DNA of 63,627 bases, filler included, from Perkinsus chesapeaki ATCC PRA-425 (GCA_013115145.1; 9 parts of 9 records of this genome joined end to end with filler, not necessarily neighbours in it); one strand, 5' to 3'. Counted from the first letter of the whole stretch, positions 39,777 to 51,621 are shown. Translations and numbers: made by a program. The notes: a model not told the origin generated them from the sequence alone.

Positions 39777-40470
39777 TTATGCTGCGAATTTTCTTAAGCG
39801 ACGCCGTTTACGGCAGGTAGAGTCGTTGGTTGCAGAAGTAGTATTGTTGGGTTTATCAGACATCTGCTTGGTGTAAGTAGTGTCAGTGTCGCCGCGAGTA
39901 GTAGATACACATTCCTTAGTGACAATAGGAGTGTCAATAGTGGTTCCGTCGGAGATAAGCTTAGTGTCACTGCTGTGACTGTCGTGGAGAGAAGTAGATG
40001 AACAGTCGTTGGTGCCAGCAGAGGTGGTACTATTGGTTGCGTGAGACGTAAGTTTAGTGGCAGTATTGTCAGTCTCGTCGAGGTAGTACGCCTGAGTGAA
40101 GCATAATAAGCAAAGGAAAAGGGAGACTACTTTTTCCTCTGGGGACATAGAGTCGAGGAATTCATCAGAGCAGCTGTCACAGATTTTTAATATTTTATTG
40201 TCGTAATAAGCCTGAAAGGAAAACGATGAGGGAAGGTGAAAATCCTTTTCAAAAAAGGCCGGCTTTACCATCTCCTGGGGCGTGGTGAGGAAGGTATCAG
40301 TACACTCGTCACAGACACGTAGACTTTTGTTGTCGTCTTCTTCGTGCGGCATCATACAAACAGGGCAATGATCGCAGGGAGAAGTTGAGCGTAGACGACT
40401 GGTTGGAAGAGTAGTAGGATTGGCTGCAGTGTCTTCAATGTCAGCAGGAATAATGTTGCTGGTAGACATA
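39777..40470 (-). CDS. Hypothetical Cys-motif, Thr-rich protein ending in a basic NLS-like tail; a degenerate paralog lies at about 41288-41940
   Basis: CDHCPVCMMPH...LDSMSPEE...CRKRRRLRKFAA versus YCPSCMLPH...SMSPEE...RRNKRRRLLC, which is frameshifted. Confidence 0.45.
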
Positions 40471-40964
40471 CGGAAAATGTAATTGGCTGACAGGATGGCA
40501 GCGCGAGTGTAACACGAAGAGTACGAAACATAGTTAAAGAGTATTAGTNNNNNNNNNNNNNNNNNNNNNNNNNNNNNNNNNNNNNNNNNNNNNNNNNNNN
40601 NNNNNNNNNNNNNNNNNNNNNNNNNNNNNNNNNNNNNNNNNNNTGGAAAATGTAATTGGCTGACAGGATGGCAGCGCGAGTGTAACACGAAGAGTACGAA
40701 ACATAGTTAAAGAGTATTAGTAGTATAAAAACATTAAGAAGGCACACGACGGAAATCGTACACATTATGTGGGGTACTTACCTACTGAGGGAATCAGGGA
40801 AGGTGCAGATAAACGTGAAGAGGTGAGACTTACAGTAGGAGAAGGGAGCTGAGTAACTACCTGTTATGTTGTCCACCGTAGTTACCTGAATTAAAGGAAT
40901 GAAGTAAGGTGTGTGTTAAAATGATAGCGTGAGAGTTACATTATTAGGAGAAATGAGCTGAGTG

Positions 40965-40986
40965 ACTACCTCAGGTAGTCTACCTG
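40965..40986. other. Perfect hairpin-excision scar (8-mer ACTACCTG)
   Basis: actacct-caggtagt-ctacctg; a paralogous unscarred site gagctgagta-actacctg lies at 40846-40863. Confidence 0.9.
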
Positions 40987-41045
40987 GTGTGTAGTACAAA
41001 AAGTAGTGTAAGAATTGGCAGTACTGCGTTGTGTAGGGTTCTCAT

Positions 41046-41163
41046 GATGGACGTGGGTGTAAGAGAGGCATAGTGTATGATAAGCTAACATGAAACACGC
41101 GTAGGATGGACGTGGGTGTAAGAGAGGCATAGTGTATGATAAGCTACCATGAAACACGCGTAG
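41046..41163. repeat. 59-bp tandem duplication (2 copies)
   Basis: gatggacgtgggtgtaagagaggcatagtgtatgataagcta(a/c)catgaaacacgcgtag occurs twice. Confidence 0.9.
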
Positions 41164-42801
41164 TACGGAGTACGGTATGAAAAGTATAGTGAAAGTAAGA
41201 GTAAAGGATGACAGTGTTGGGCGAACACAGCGAAGTAAACTGAGTGTAACAGCATTCCATGGCATGTCGTGCACTCTTTGGACGTGATCAGCAGAGTAGC
41301 CGACGTCGTTTGTTGCGGCGAGGCTTCATGATAACACTGTCTTCGTCAGAGTCAGAGGGAGAGGACGCAGTGGCGAAAGGGCCCTTGGTAGAAAGTGTAG
41401 TGCCAGTAGAACCTGAAGTAAATAAAAGGCAGTAGAACTGGCAGAGAACCAAGAAGAGTTGCAGTAGGGTATGGAATAGGCTACTCATTACACGATAGAA
41501 TGCACAGCGCAAACCTGTCCTTGGATGAAGGAGTAGTATTGTTGGTTTTGTCAGACGCCTGCTCAGCGTTAGTAGGGTGACCCTCGTTGGGAGTAGGAGA
41601 TTTGCATTCCTTAGTGGGAGCATGAGTGGTGCTGGTGGTTGTAGTAGGACCGTCGTGGAAGTAGTAAGCCTAAGTATAAGACATAATAAGCGAAGCGAAG
41701 ACAGGGTTACCGCTTCCTCAGGGGACATAGAGTCGAGGGATGCAGTAGTGCAGTTGCGACAAAGGCGTAAAGTGTTGTTGTCGTGGTAATCCTGAAGGGC
41801 AAATGAGAAAGGAAAGGGAAGGGGGTGCAGGATACCCGGGAGTTACCTTGTCCTCGGCAGGAAGAGTAGTGAGAGTGTTGTTTCGTAAGCCCGAGAGGTT
41901 ATTCTTGTCGTGCGGAAGCATGCAAGAAGGGCAGTAGTCGTAGAGAGAAGTAGGAATTGAGGAGTGAGGTTTAAGTGGCTACAGAGGTCAATGCGATCAA
42001 CAGAGAGGGGTAAAAGAGGAGTTGTTAGTGCAAAGAGCAGGAAATGCAGAAAATGTGCAAGATGGAAGTTTGTGGGAGCGCGAAGAGGGAATGGGGGTGT
42101 TGGCAGTAGGAGAACGATTTGTGAAGGTAGGAATGGGGGAATACGGTGCGTAGTGGGTTGAGGTGGGAGAGTGGTGGGAGAGGAAGAGAGCGATGGGTGA
42201 GAATGTGGGCCGATGATGAGGAGTGTGGGTGGTAGGGAGGAAGAATATGGTAAGGAGATGGAGAGGAGAAAGTAAGGAAAGTGGGTCCCGAGCATTTGAT
42301 GCAAATTGCAGCAAGTGCGTGAGAAGTGCATGACATGATTGAAGAGGGCGGTTTAGGAAGGAGATGAATGACGTGAAGCAGGAAGTAGGGAAGCAATTGT
42401 TGTATTGGTGAGCAGACTCAGAAGGTGGAGTGCTTGCGAACGATAGGTACCATGCCGAAGGTACCGTCAATGAGGTGAAAGCAGTGGAGTGTAGAAGTTG
42501 GAGGATGTGACGTTTTTACCCATTTNNNNNNNNNNNNNNNNNNNNNNNNNNNNNNNNNNNNNNNNNNNNTTAATTAATTAANNNNNNNNNNNNNNNNNNN
42601 NNNNNNNNNNNNNNNNNNNNNNNNNACTCAGCCTCGCTGAGATCTAGCACCATGGGTTATGTTCTATCAAACCCTAAAGACCCTTCCAGGACAGACCTCC
42701 CAACTCTTCGCGCAACACTAATTCGACCAATCAGAAACACAAATTAGCCATCACTCTTCACTACCAAACATCCTACCACCGCCCAGCCGTAGAGTATCTC
42801 C

Positions 42802-43821
42802 TCAACCTAGTATCAGGCTGGCATGATCTCTAGCCTTTCGTCTCAACGCTCCCAGTGCATAACCCTGCCAGGCCGAACTTGTTTGACTCCAGCCCCCTGC
42901 AGCCTTAACCTCCGAAGGCTGGCAGCCCTCCTCCACCAAAAGAGAGGCACCCGTATGCCTCAGGGAATGCGCCGAGAGCTGGTCGATGTCCCACTCCTTG
43001 ATTTTCCCCGGGTACCACCTCCGCATGGTGCTCCTCATAACATTGCCGAACTTTTCCGTAGACCAGCCAGCCACACGCTTGAAAATAAACTCCTCACTAG
43101 ATCTTCTAAGTGCTACTCTCCTTAGCCAATGAGCAATACAGAAGTTCGCCGAACAACTGAACGGCTTCGTGCAACGCACTTCTCTCCTCTCACTCAAAGC
43201 CGTCTTTGATAACCCTAGATTTAAGGTTACTACTAATCCCGCAGGCTCTTCACAATACGATATGTCACCGCACTTGCGCGGCGCTAAAGAACCAAACCTC
43301 AACAGAAGGCCTGCCCCTACTAATACCGCATCCCTTATTTCCTCATCGAAGGTTCCCTCCTGCAAACGCATATTCGCCATTGCTCGTATGGCTTGCGCTG
43401 GGATCGGGCTGGCCTTCTTCGGCTCACTCTCTCTGTGCGCCAGTCGCAACTTCGCTGCCTTTACCGCCCGGTTTATCAGAGCATCCTCCTCCTGCCGGAA
43501 AACAACCGCTGTGCGGATAGTCGACACAGTCTTCACCGCCGAAATATAGCCCTGCAGAGTAGAGGGCTTCACCGACCCCGCCTTAGACAGCACATTCAGG
43601 TAATCCAGTATACCCTTCACTGAAGCGGGTCTGCCTACTTCAATCTTACCATTAATCAGCTCATACTGCCAAACTGCCGTCTCATAGGACTTGGCTGTCT
43701 TGTCCCGGATGGAATCCGCTAGCAGGGACATCCTCCCCTCCTGCCTCTGAGTCTCTTCCATCTGCTTGAAATCTTCGGCCTCCTTCTTAAAAGCCGTCTG
43801 GTCTACTTTACCCGACGGCAT
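42802..43821 (-). CDS. Tyrosine recombinase of the DIRS-like element, intact 339 aa
   Basis: LLLRF (R), LSKT (K), HSLRH (HxxR), GGW, WQGY (Tyr); N-terminal core-binding-like STLQGYISAV. Confidence 0.93.
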   Translation of the reverse strand: MPSGKVDQTAFKKEAEDFKQMEETQRQEGRMSLLADSIRDKTAKSYETAVWQYELINGKIEVGRPASVKGILDYLNVLSKAGSVKPSTLQGYISAVKTVSTIRTAVVFRQEEDALINRAVKAAKLRLAHRESEPKKASPIPAQAIRAMANMRLQEGTFDEEIRDAVLVGAGLLLRFGSLAPRKCGDISYCEEPAGLVVTLNLGLSKTALSERREVRCTKPFSCSANFCIAHWLRRVALRRSSEEFIFKRVAGWSTEKFGNVMRSTMRRWYPGKIKEWDIDQLSAHSLRHTGASLLVEEGCQPSEVKAAGGWSQTSSAWQGYALGALRRKARDHASLILG

Positions 43822-43995
43822 ACAAAACCACTGTCAACCCCGTACTAAAATGCATTCCCTTGCGTGATGTCGCCTTAACTCAACTCTTTCCTGCGAAACA
43901 GGGGAGACCTCTCCTTCGAGAAACCAACATAAAACAATAAGTCGATTAACACGAACGTGCCGTCAACGATGGAGCCTAGCGGTGCCCAAGCTGGC

Positions 43996-46308
43996 TTATC
44001 CCCCATACCCAGCGTTGATGCACGATCGTAGTTGATCCGATACCTCAACCTCAAACCAACCATGCGGCACCTCCCCCACAATATCCTTACGGTCACTCCT
44101 GCTCAGTTTATCTGCCACTGTGTTATACCGGCCAGGAATAAAGCAGCTAGATACTCTGCCCGCCCATGAGGACAACCAACCCAATACATTCCTCATCGCC
44201 TCTGTCTTCGAAGTCCATCTCCGTATCACGCTCGACACCGCCCGATTATCCGAAAAACACCTGACTCGTACCCTTGATGGGTCCCTCACTCCCAGTAGCC
44301 TCTCCACCGCTAATATGCCACATGCTGCCGCTATAGCCTCTATAAAGCAAATGTCTCCCGATACTGCCCGCTCAGCCACTTCCGATGGAGCATACTGGTC
44401 CAGACCGCTATGCTGGTGTTGGTACCCGCCCCATTTCCTCTTCAGCAGCAAGAGTTCCTTCTATAACTGCGGGTAGTCTGATCTAGATATCGAGAACCAG
44501 GCTTGCGTGCTCTCATCTGGTCCTACTACCAACCCTCCAATGCCATGCAGACAACCATCCGTCACTATTGACCATTGCGATTCTACCATCAAAGCTGGCT
44601 CCATTACCAACGGGCGTGACAATATATCGTAGAAATACATCATATCTTGCTCCAGCGCCCCTCCTATAGTTCTCTTCCTGAGCTCCAATTTATTCGTCAT
44701 CGCAAGCGCTGCATACAAACTCGCTAATCTAGGTTTATGCTCCACCACTAATTGGCAAGCAAAATTTAACCTGCCTAGCAGAACCTCCAGATCCGCCCGT
44801 GTAATGGATCCCCCTCTTCTAGCGTCCTGAATCATGGAGCGTATCATATCCCGCTTCTGCTTAGGTAAAGCTATTGACCCTTTCTGCGCTTCCCAATCTA
44901 AACCCAGGTCATACCCCAGGAACTCAACCAAGGATGCCGATATAGTAATCTTCGAGTACTCCAGATCCATCCCAAACGCCAAAGGCAAAAGCAGCAGGCT
45001 TATCACCTCTGCTACCGAACCTGCCCACCAGAGGCTGTCGTCGATATAGCAGAGGCCACCCCCTTTTCCACTTCTACTGCCTACCAAGTGATATTGAGCC
45101 CTGTGCACCCCCGAATTATACCTCGAGAAGATGAGGCATGATGAAGACAGCCCGAAGGGTAGAGAAATGTCCCATAAAACTTGGCCCAATGGTCTCGGGT
45201 CCGTCACCGCCGTGTTCTTTCGTTCACACTCCCGCAGGTCTATCAGCCTATAAGCTCCCTTAATATCATATTTAAGCATGAAACCCAACGGACTCTCCCC
45301 CCGTACCTCCTGACCAGTAGCTGTTGCGCAGTCTGTCACGAACTGTGCTACTTCTTTCAACCTCGGCAGTGCAACCGTAGTTCCCATACACACTTCTTTA
45401 TTTACTCCTCACCGTCTAAAGTCGCTTATCATACGGACTTTGGTCTTCTCTTTATTCTTCCAAATCGCCTTCAAACTCGTGATGACTTTGGCCCCCCTGT
45501 TTCGCGCCTCATCGAAAGATATAGCCTCCATCCGATGATGCTCAATCTCCTCTTGGATTTTTTCTTCCCCCAGAGTAGCCAGCTCTTCTTTCAACTGGTA
45601 GGATACTAGGGGCTCCCCATCCCACAAAACCATCTCATCCGGTTCACCGCGTCGTCTTGGCTTCTCTACAAAGGCCGGCCATACCTGAGGATTCTCCGCC
45701 ATGCACGGGATCGAGACCCCTGCCTGAGCTCCCCCCATCACATTGAGTGGGCCCGCCAGATCCTCCACTCCCTGTTCAGGGGCTGTACACCTCAAGACTG
45801 CTTCCAACAATCTACCTCTCAGCGGAGACCTCTCCGTTGCATTTTGCAACAGAGTCGCGGCTGAACCATATCCACGCTCCTGCAGAATCAATGCCAGTTC
45901 TCCCGAGAGTTTACTACCCGCCTCTTTGATGTCGTAACTATCCCATAAGTGAGCGGCGGCACCCTGATCTTTGCCATCCAACTTCACGAACGATTCCATG
46001 AAGGCCGTAGCCCCTGGCTGGCCCAACCAGTCCTGCGCAGCCCGCGTCACTGCCATCGACAGCCATTCCGTCGTTTCAGGGTCCGTCGCCTTTTCAAACG
46101 AATAACTCTCCTCGGCCCAGTGACCCATATGAGGAAGACCACTACCATCCATCAAAGTGACCTTTTCTTCAAGACATCCCTGTACTTGCTTCACATGTGC
46201 ATCCCAGGTCTCCGATGGGATGAATCTGTCCCAATAACTTTCTGCCCCGCCTTCTCTACTGGCGTTGCTCGTCGATGACGCTCCCTCCGTGGGAGATTCT
46301 CTTTCCAT
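43996..46308 (-). pseudogene. pol (RT plus RNase H) in one reading frame, interrupted by two in-frame stops (TGA 45409-11, TAG 44461-63)
   Basis: KVRMISDFRR*GVN, YDIKGAYR, LPFGLSSS, YIDD; RNase H VTDG, IEAIAA, SDN, NTVADKLSR. The three track ORFs are in the same frame. Confidence 0.9.
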
Positions 46309-46638
46309 GCACCTCGCCCTCTTAGAGGCCCTAAACGAGCTCTTCCCCTGCGTCTACCCGCCAAGGATCTGACTCTCTTCGGAATCGTGGAAGTCGCACG
46401 AGTTCTTCCACCGAAAACACGGAGGGAAGGGGGACAAATTAACTGAAAATGAGCCCCTGAGGTCGTGACTGACGCAGAACACTGCTAACCCAAGAACAAA
46501 GGCTCTACCTCTTGAAAAACATATCTTAAAAAAAGTAGGAAACGGTGGGCTCGCTATCACCCAACAGGTAGCCAAAACCCTTAGTAGGGGGCCCCTACTC
46601 CCTAAGCCCTACTTCCACATAGCCGACTTAGACCGACA

Positions 46639-47691
46639 CTACTTCTTCTCAGCGCGCTCTCGAGCGTGCTTACCCGAGTGGCGCGACGGCGGGAAAAAAA
46701 CAAATGCCTTTAGCCAGGTAAGGGCATTCGCTCTTATTGAATTTACATACCCCCTCCTTCTTAGGAAGCCAAGCCTTGCCGTTCTTGGGACCAAACCGCC
46801 CGCCTTGGGGGCCTTCGTTCCGAGACGGAGAAACCGGCCCCCCTCCCCCGCCACTTCTTAAAGCAGACAGCGCAACCAGGTCACCACTCGCCAGCGTCTC
46901 CACATTAGATAAACATATAATTACCGCCTCAGGATAGCTGCAGTTGTCATCTTGGGCTCTCTTGTGAGCCAGCACTGCCAACCTCTTGCGAGAGGCCACA
47001 TCAAAACTTAGGGCCGCCGCCTCTCCCAAGGACATAGTGATCTTAGCCAAGAAAACAACGTATTCCAAGGAAGACGCCCCGCGCCGGGCCGAGCACACCA
47101 CCTCCACAGCCGCCAACCACGGACCCAGCAACGTCAGGAGCTCCGACATGCTTCTCGGATCCCGAGTCTTCACTCTCCTTCTCAATAACATGTCGACGAC
47201 TCCGTCAGCTGACTCCTCCTCGCCCGTGGCCTCTTGACCAATCTCCTCTACCGGAAATTCCGGTCCGGAATCCTCAAGGGCCTGTACAAACCGGGGTCCT
47301 GCACCACTGCTGGTAACATAGACCCGTCCCCCACCAAGTTAGACGATATAGGGGCACCAGAACGCTCCTCAGCGCGTGAAAGATAATCAGCCCGCAGCTG
47401 CGGCGGGGGTAGTTTCTTTCCCATCAGAGCCTCCGACACATTCTTCAGCTCACTGCGGACCCGCTTGAGCGCCATAGCCCTTTCCACCGCCTCAGCGTCA
47501 CCCTGACCTTCCGGGAAGTATTTGCCGTTAAACGCCTTCATGAGGGTCTCATTGTCCAGCACATTCGAGACATCAGTGAGCTTCTCGGCACCTATCAGCA
47601 TCAAAGCATCCACCGCCCTTGAAGCCATAACCTCCGAGCAATCAGCAGATGCATACTCCCGGAAAGATTCGGGGGTCAGGTCGCCGGGCAT
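46639..47691 (-). pseudogene. gag-like ORF1 of copy 1 with a C-terminal CCCH-like motif; two frameshifts relative to copy 2
   Basis: A 14-nt insertion at 47250-47271 and a T7 versus T6 run near 46700 break the frame that is intact in 60953-61990. Confidence 0.88.
47250..47271. other. Perfect hairpin-excision scar (8-mer ACCGGAAT) frameshifting gag
   Basis: accggaa-attccggt-ccggaat; copy 2 has the single 8-mer (attccggt at 61373-61380). Confidence 0.93.
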
Positions 47692-49111
47692 CAATGGGGA
47701 AATAACTTTATAACAAGAGGCTAAGAACAACTAACCCTTTCAAGTAACTGCACCGCCCCTACGACGGCTCCAAGAGCGTAAACCCAAACGCGCTACATCC
47801 CAAGGACAACTGGCAAACATCGCCTAGCCACCGTAGCTGAACTACCGCACAAGACTCAGCTCGCACACAAACCTTGTCCCCCAGACACACTTCGCTACCG
47901 GAAAACTCACCCGAAGGCCCCCACGCCCTCAACACACTCTCCACTAAGCACACATCACAGGCAGGTAAGTAAAACCCGAGGTAACGAGATCAGCGCTCCA
48001 AGACGCGTTCCCAAGAGCCCAGGATAAGCTACCCCCAATGTATGCCATCTCTACTGGAGATCACACTGCGCGGCGCATATATTAACACGCCCCCGGCGGA
48101 GTAAACCCCCCACGCCCCCTCATAGAAGGTCTAGCATCGGCCCTGCCGGGATCAGCGCTCTAAGACGCGTTCCCTGGCTTGTCCTGGAACTAAGAGAAAC
48201 CCTCTCACCCTCCGCCCTAAGGCGAAAACAAATACTTGAACACAAATCCTTGGCCCCTACCGGGAAACCCACAAACCGCGACCCGCACAGAGATCAGCGC
48301 TCACATACGCGTTCTCATGTGGGGATGCCTGTCGCTGGACCCCTAGCCCACCTAACTCGCCCTGTTATGCATCTGTGCATCCACCGCCAGCCCTGAGTCA
48401 GCGCTCTAGACGCGTCTCGAAGACCAACAACAAACCCCCCAACCCTGCTGGGGTAACCAACCTGTTAGGCCCGGCCGGGCCTAACATGCACTCTCTGCTA
48501 AATAACGAATACACGGAGGGTGTCTGGCATTGAAGGGAAAACAATTACAAAGGCGCCTGACAAGAACCCCCCCCAAAAAAAATAAAATCTTGAAGTCATA
48601 TCCATATAATCTAACTCCATATCCGACAAATCCTGTCGTACTGATCCTACGGCCTCNNNNNNNNNNNNNNNNNNNNNNNNNNNNNNNNNNNNNNNNNNNN
48701 TTAATTAATTAANNNNNNNNNNNNNNNNNNNNNNNNNNNNNNNNNNNNNNNNNNNNTTATAGCTACAGCACCCACAGAAATATAGCTAATCGCTTTCCTG
48801 CAATGTGCACGAACCCTAATGAGGAAACAAAAGATTAATAATGCGCTGATATAAGCCTCTACATACTTAGTAATACTTAGTATCATCCGGATCATCATAT
48901 AAACTTAAAACTAATATGAAGTTGTGTTAGGGAGTGATATCATAATAGAGGGGTATTCCTCTACACTACTAGTAAGACTCCATGGAAATCGTTCACATGC
49001 CGTACTGAGGTAGACAATGGAGACGGAACTAAAGGTAGGATATCTTTCTAACCAACATCACTATCGATGTACCGGAAATCTCAGCCTGATAACGAGGTCG
49101 ACTCATAATTC

Positions 49112-50201
49112 TTAGCGAGACTTGTACTCGGCAATGCTAACAGTTTCCAACTCTAAATCGAAAGAAGAAAAATAAGTTGTGAAGAAAGGGCGACCAAGAA
49201 TAACTGCAGACCCACCGTATTCGCGGAATGCAAGCTTACACCATTGGCCATCACAAAAGAGTGCGTATTTATTAGGTGGGATACGTACGATGAAATGTTG
49301 CTTACTTCCGACAGTAAATGTTAAAGCTGGGAAGTTGCTATACCCCTTGTCCGTGATATTCCAGCCATGATTGTAGGCTTCAACGTGCACCCCAGGCCCT
49401 GCGAAATACGAGATCTTGTTCAGGAGACTCTCAGATATACTCTTCGGGGCAAAGATTGAGCCAGAACCCGTATCGTACATAACAGATCTTTTTCCGGCTT
49501 CAGGGTTGAACCTTCTCCCTGTAGGGCTCACAAGACCATAAGAGCGTAGATCTGAATCCAAGGAAATAGCTTTATGGGGTTGAGTCATCGGAATAACGGT
49601 AACCCCCGCCTTGATTGCACACAACCCATTCCAATCACCAAATATTAGAGTACCGGTAAACGACTCCACATCACTAGGCGAACATATCGACACTGCGTAC
49701 TTCTTGATCATCTTCTTAAGGTAAAGCTGCTTCGAGCAGTAGCGTTTGAGGGCTGGCAGTCGAACCGAAGGCGAGGCCAAGCATATTCATTACCGTGTCA
49801 CCCTTCACTTCTGAGCCAGGAGAGAAGCCTATAATCAGACGAAATTGCATATCCAGATTTTTCCCCGCAGGAGAAAGCGTTCCTTCGTGCAGGACTGACG
49901 TTACCGCGGAGCCATCGTCAAACCTTGTAACATGCTTCTCTTTAGCATAAGGATCGCAACCACTGGGGCAGGAGTAGCAGCCCATTTGAAATTGCTTGCA
50001 GGCATCCTTCCCGTAGGTTCTTTCATACCAATCCTTGTACACAACGTAAGTTCCACTAAGACCAGTATCAATTGCCAGTTGGAGCGGTTGTCCGTCGAAC
50101 ATGACATGACTGACAATACCGTCCTTAAAAGGCCAAGATATCTCGCCACGTGCCATAAGATACCAGGAGGTAAGAACGATCCCAATGAATAAGTAGATCA
50201 T
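49112..50201 (-). pseudogene. Secreted pepsin-like aspartic protease with one frameshift near 49735 (pseudogene or sequencing error)
   Basis: LAIDTG in ORF 49716..50201; MYDTGS and ILGRPFF..Y.S.FD in ORF 49112..49780. The junction PQTLL / QLYLKK aligns with VIEQLYDKK in the 15526 paralog. Confidence 0.85.
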
Positions 50202-50316
50202 GTTATTTAAACTACAAAGCTAAATCCCTTGATGCGTATATACCTATCAGTCGCACACGTGCACTTACTTGAGAATCAATTTGATTCAGTCAAACTCTGA
50301 ACCCGTGGCGCGGAGC

Positions 50317-50338
50317 AGCTCCAGTGGAGCCGCTCCAC
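50317..50338. other. Putative hairpin-excision scar, 1 mismatch, with an extra inverted half-unit upstream
   Basis: cggagc-a-gctcca-g-tggagc-c-gctcca-c. Confidence 0.65.
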
Positions 50339-50621
50339 CAATTCGGTGTGGTCATTAACATGTGTTAGCACTAGTGGACCACTAGGCTGTCCTTGGGGAG
50401 TTAACGAGTCATGTTCATATTGAACGCAGGTGTAAACTATGAACACAGTAACGACAAGGCAAAAAAGGAAACTAACACATCATACTTTAGGGAATAACCA
50501 GGCCACAGACCAACAAGAGGANNNNNNNNNNNNNNNNNNNNNNNNNNNNNNNNNNNNNNNNNNNNTTAATTAATTAANNNNNNNNNNNNNNNNNNNNNNN
50601 NNNNNNNNNNNNNNNNNNNNN

Positions 50622-51136
50622 GCATTCCCGTTCGCCTTCACGATAGCGGTAGCGCTCGGGTTAACCCCATCGGAAATACGACCAATCTCGGGAATTCTTG
50701 TGGAAACTGTCAAATTGGTTGGAAAATTGATCTCCCATCCACCTTTTACTGCACGACCCAGCTCCTCCGAGAAAGGAGGAATGTAGAGAATAACGGTACA
50801 TAAAATACCCCCGGTGAGCTTCAGGTCATAAGCAGTATATCCTTGAGCCCAGACACCAACTTGGACAGGACGTCCTCCTTTTAAAATAGCACTTATCTCC
50901 AACGAGGCGAAGTTTGGAAGGTTAGTGGCGTTCGCCAGCAACCTCATACCACCATTCACTTGATGGTTATTCCGCAAGATATACCAACAGTAAGGACCAT
51001 AAGTTTTTTTTGCATATAAGCAATTATGCGGTTGAGTTGCGACCACCGGAATATTGAGAGCCCTGCTACCGTCTCCAAAGCACACTTGAGCCATAAACAG
51101 CAGAAGACCGATACAGGGTGATAACAAGGATGACAT
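50622..51136 (-). CDS. Hypothetical secreted protein, 3' truncated by the gap
   Basis: MSSLLSPCIGLLLFMAQVCFG signal-peptide-like start; open frame up to the gap. Confidence 0.6.
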
Positions 51137-51599
51137 TGAAATGAATATATGTCGTTGGAAAGCTAAAAGCAGTGAAGAAAGCTACCCATGGAGGAGGTAT
51201 AAAGGCTATCGAATGTTGAAACCAGAGATTAACTCTTCCGTACCATCGCCTCGCAGAAGATGAGGCCCGAATGATATACTGCTGGGTATAGCGAAACAGC
51301 AATGGACTCCGAGCAGTGTGCACTCGGCCTAAGATCGGATGAAGACACGATATCCTTTTTAGGCCTCTGATTCGGAGGTGTCGCCAGCTAGCTATAACGA
51401 TATCGATCGAGGCGTGGCGCCATACCAACGAAAAGGCGCCATTGAGGATGCCTTCTTCTACAAGGAGCCATTGATGAGGTAGCCCCTAATCTTTCTCGAA
51501 AAGCTTCTGGTCGCTCGAAGGCTATGTAGCTTGCATTGCCGGCCATTCACGATGCATGACTAGGACCAAATAAGATTTATTAAACTAAAATGCACTGAC

Positions 51600-51621
51600 G
51601 CTGGAGGCTCCAGCCTGGAGC
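51600..51621. other. Perfect hairpin-excision scar (8-mer GCTGGAGC)
   Basis: gctggag-gctccagc-ctggagc. Confidence 0.88.

Larger units (their letters stand above)
42626..48486 (-). mobile_element. Tyrosine-recombinase (DIRS-order) retrotransposon, copy 1: gag - RT/RNaseH - YR; 3' end lost in gap, 5' end approximate
   Basis: Domain order and motifs are listed in the sub-features; the 5' half matches the inverted copy at 60214-62417. Confidence 0.92.

Noticed and set aside
40472-40721. About 77-bp direct repeat on both sides of an N gap
   Set aside because: Typical unmerged contig overlap; it inflates ORF 39777..40688.
7027-46278. Numerous antisense or overlapping short ORFs within WD40, CDPK, Helitron and DIRS ORFs
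   Set aside because: Shadow frames of real genes without independent motifs.
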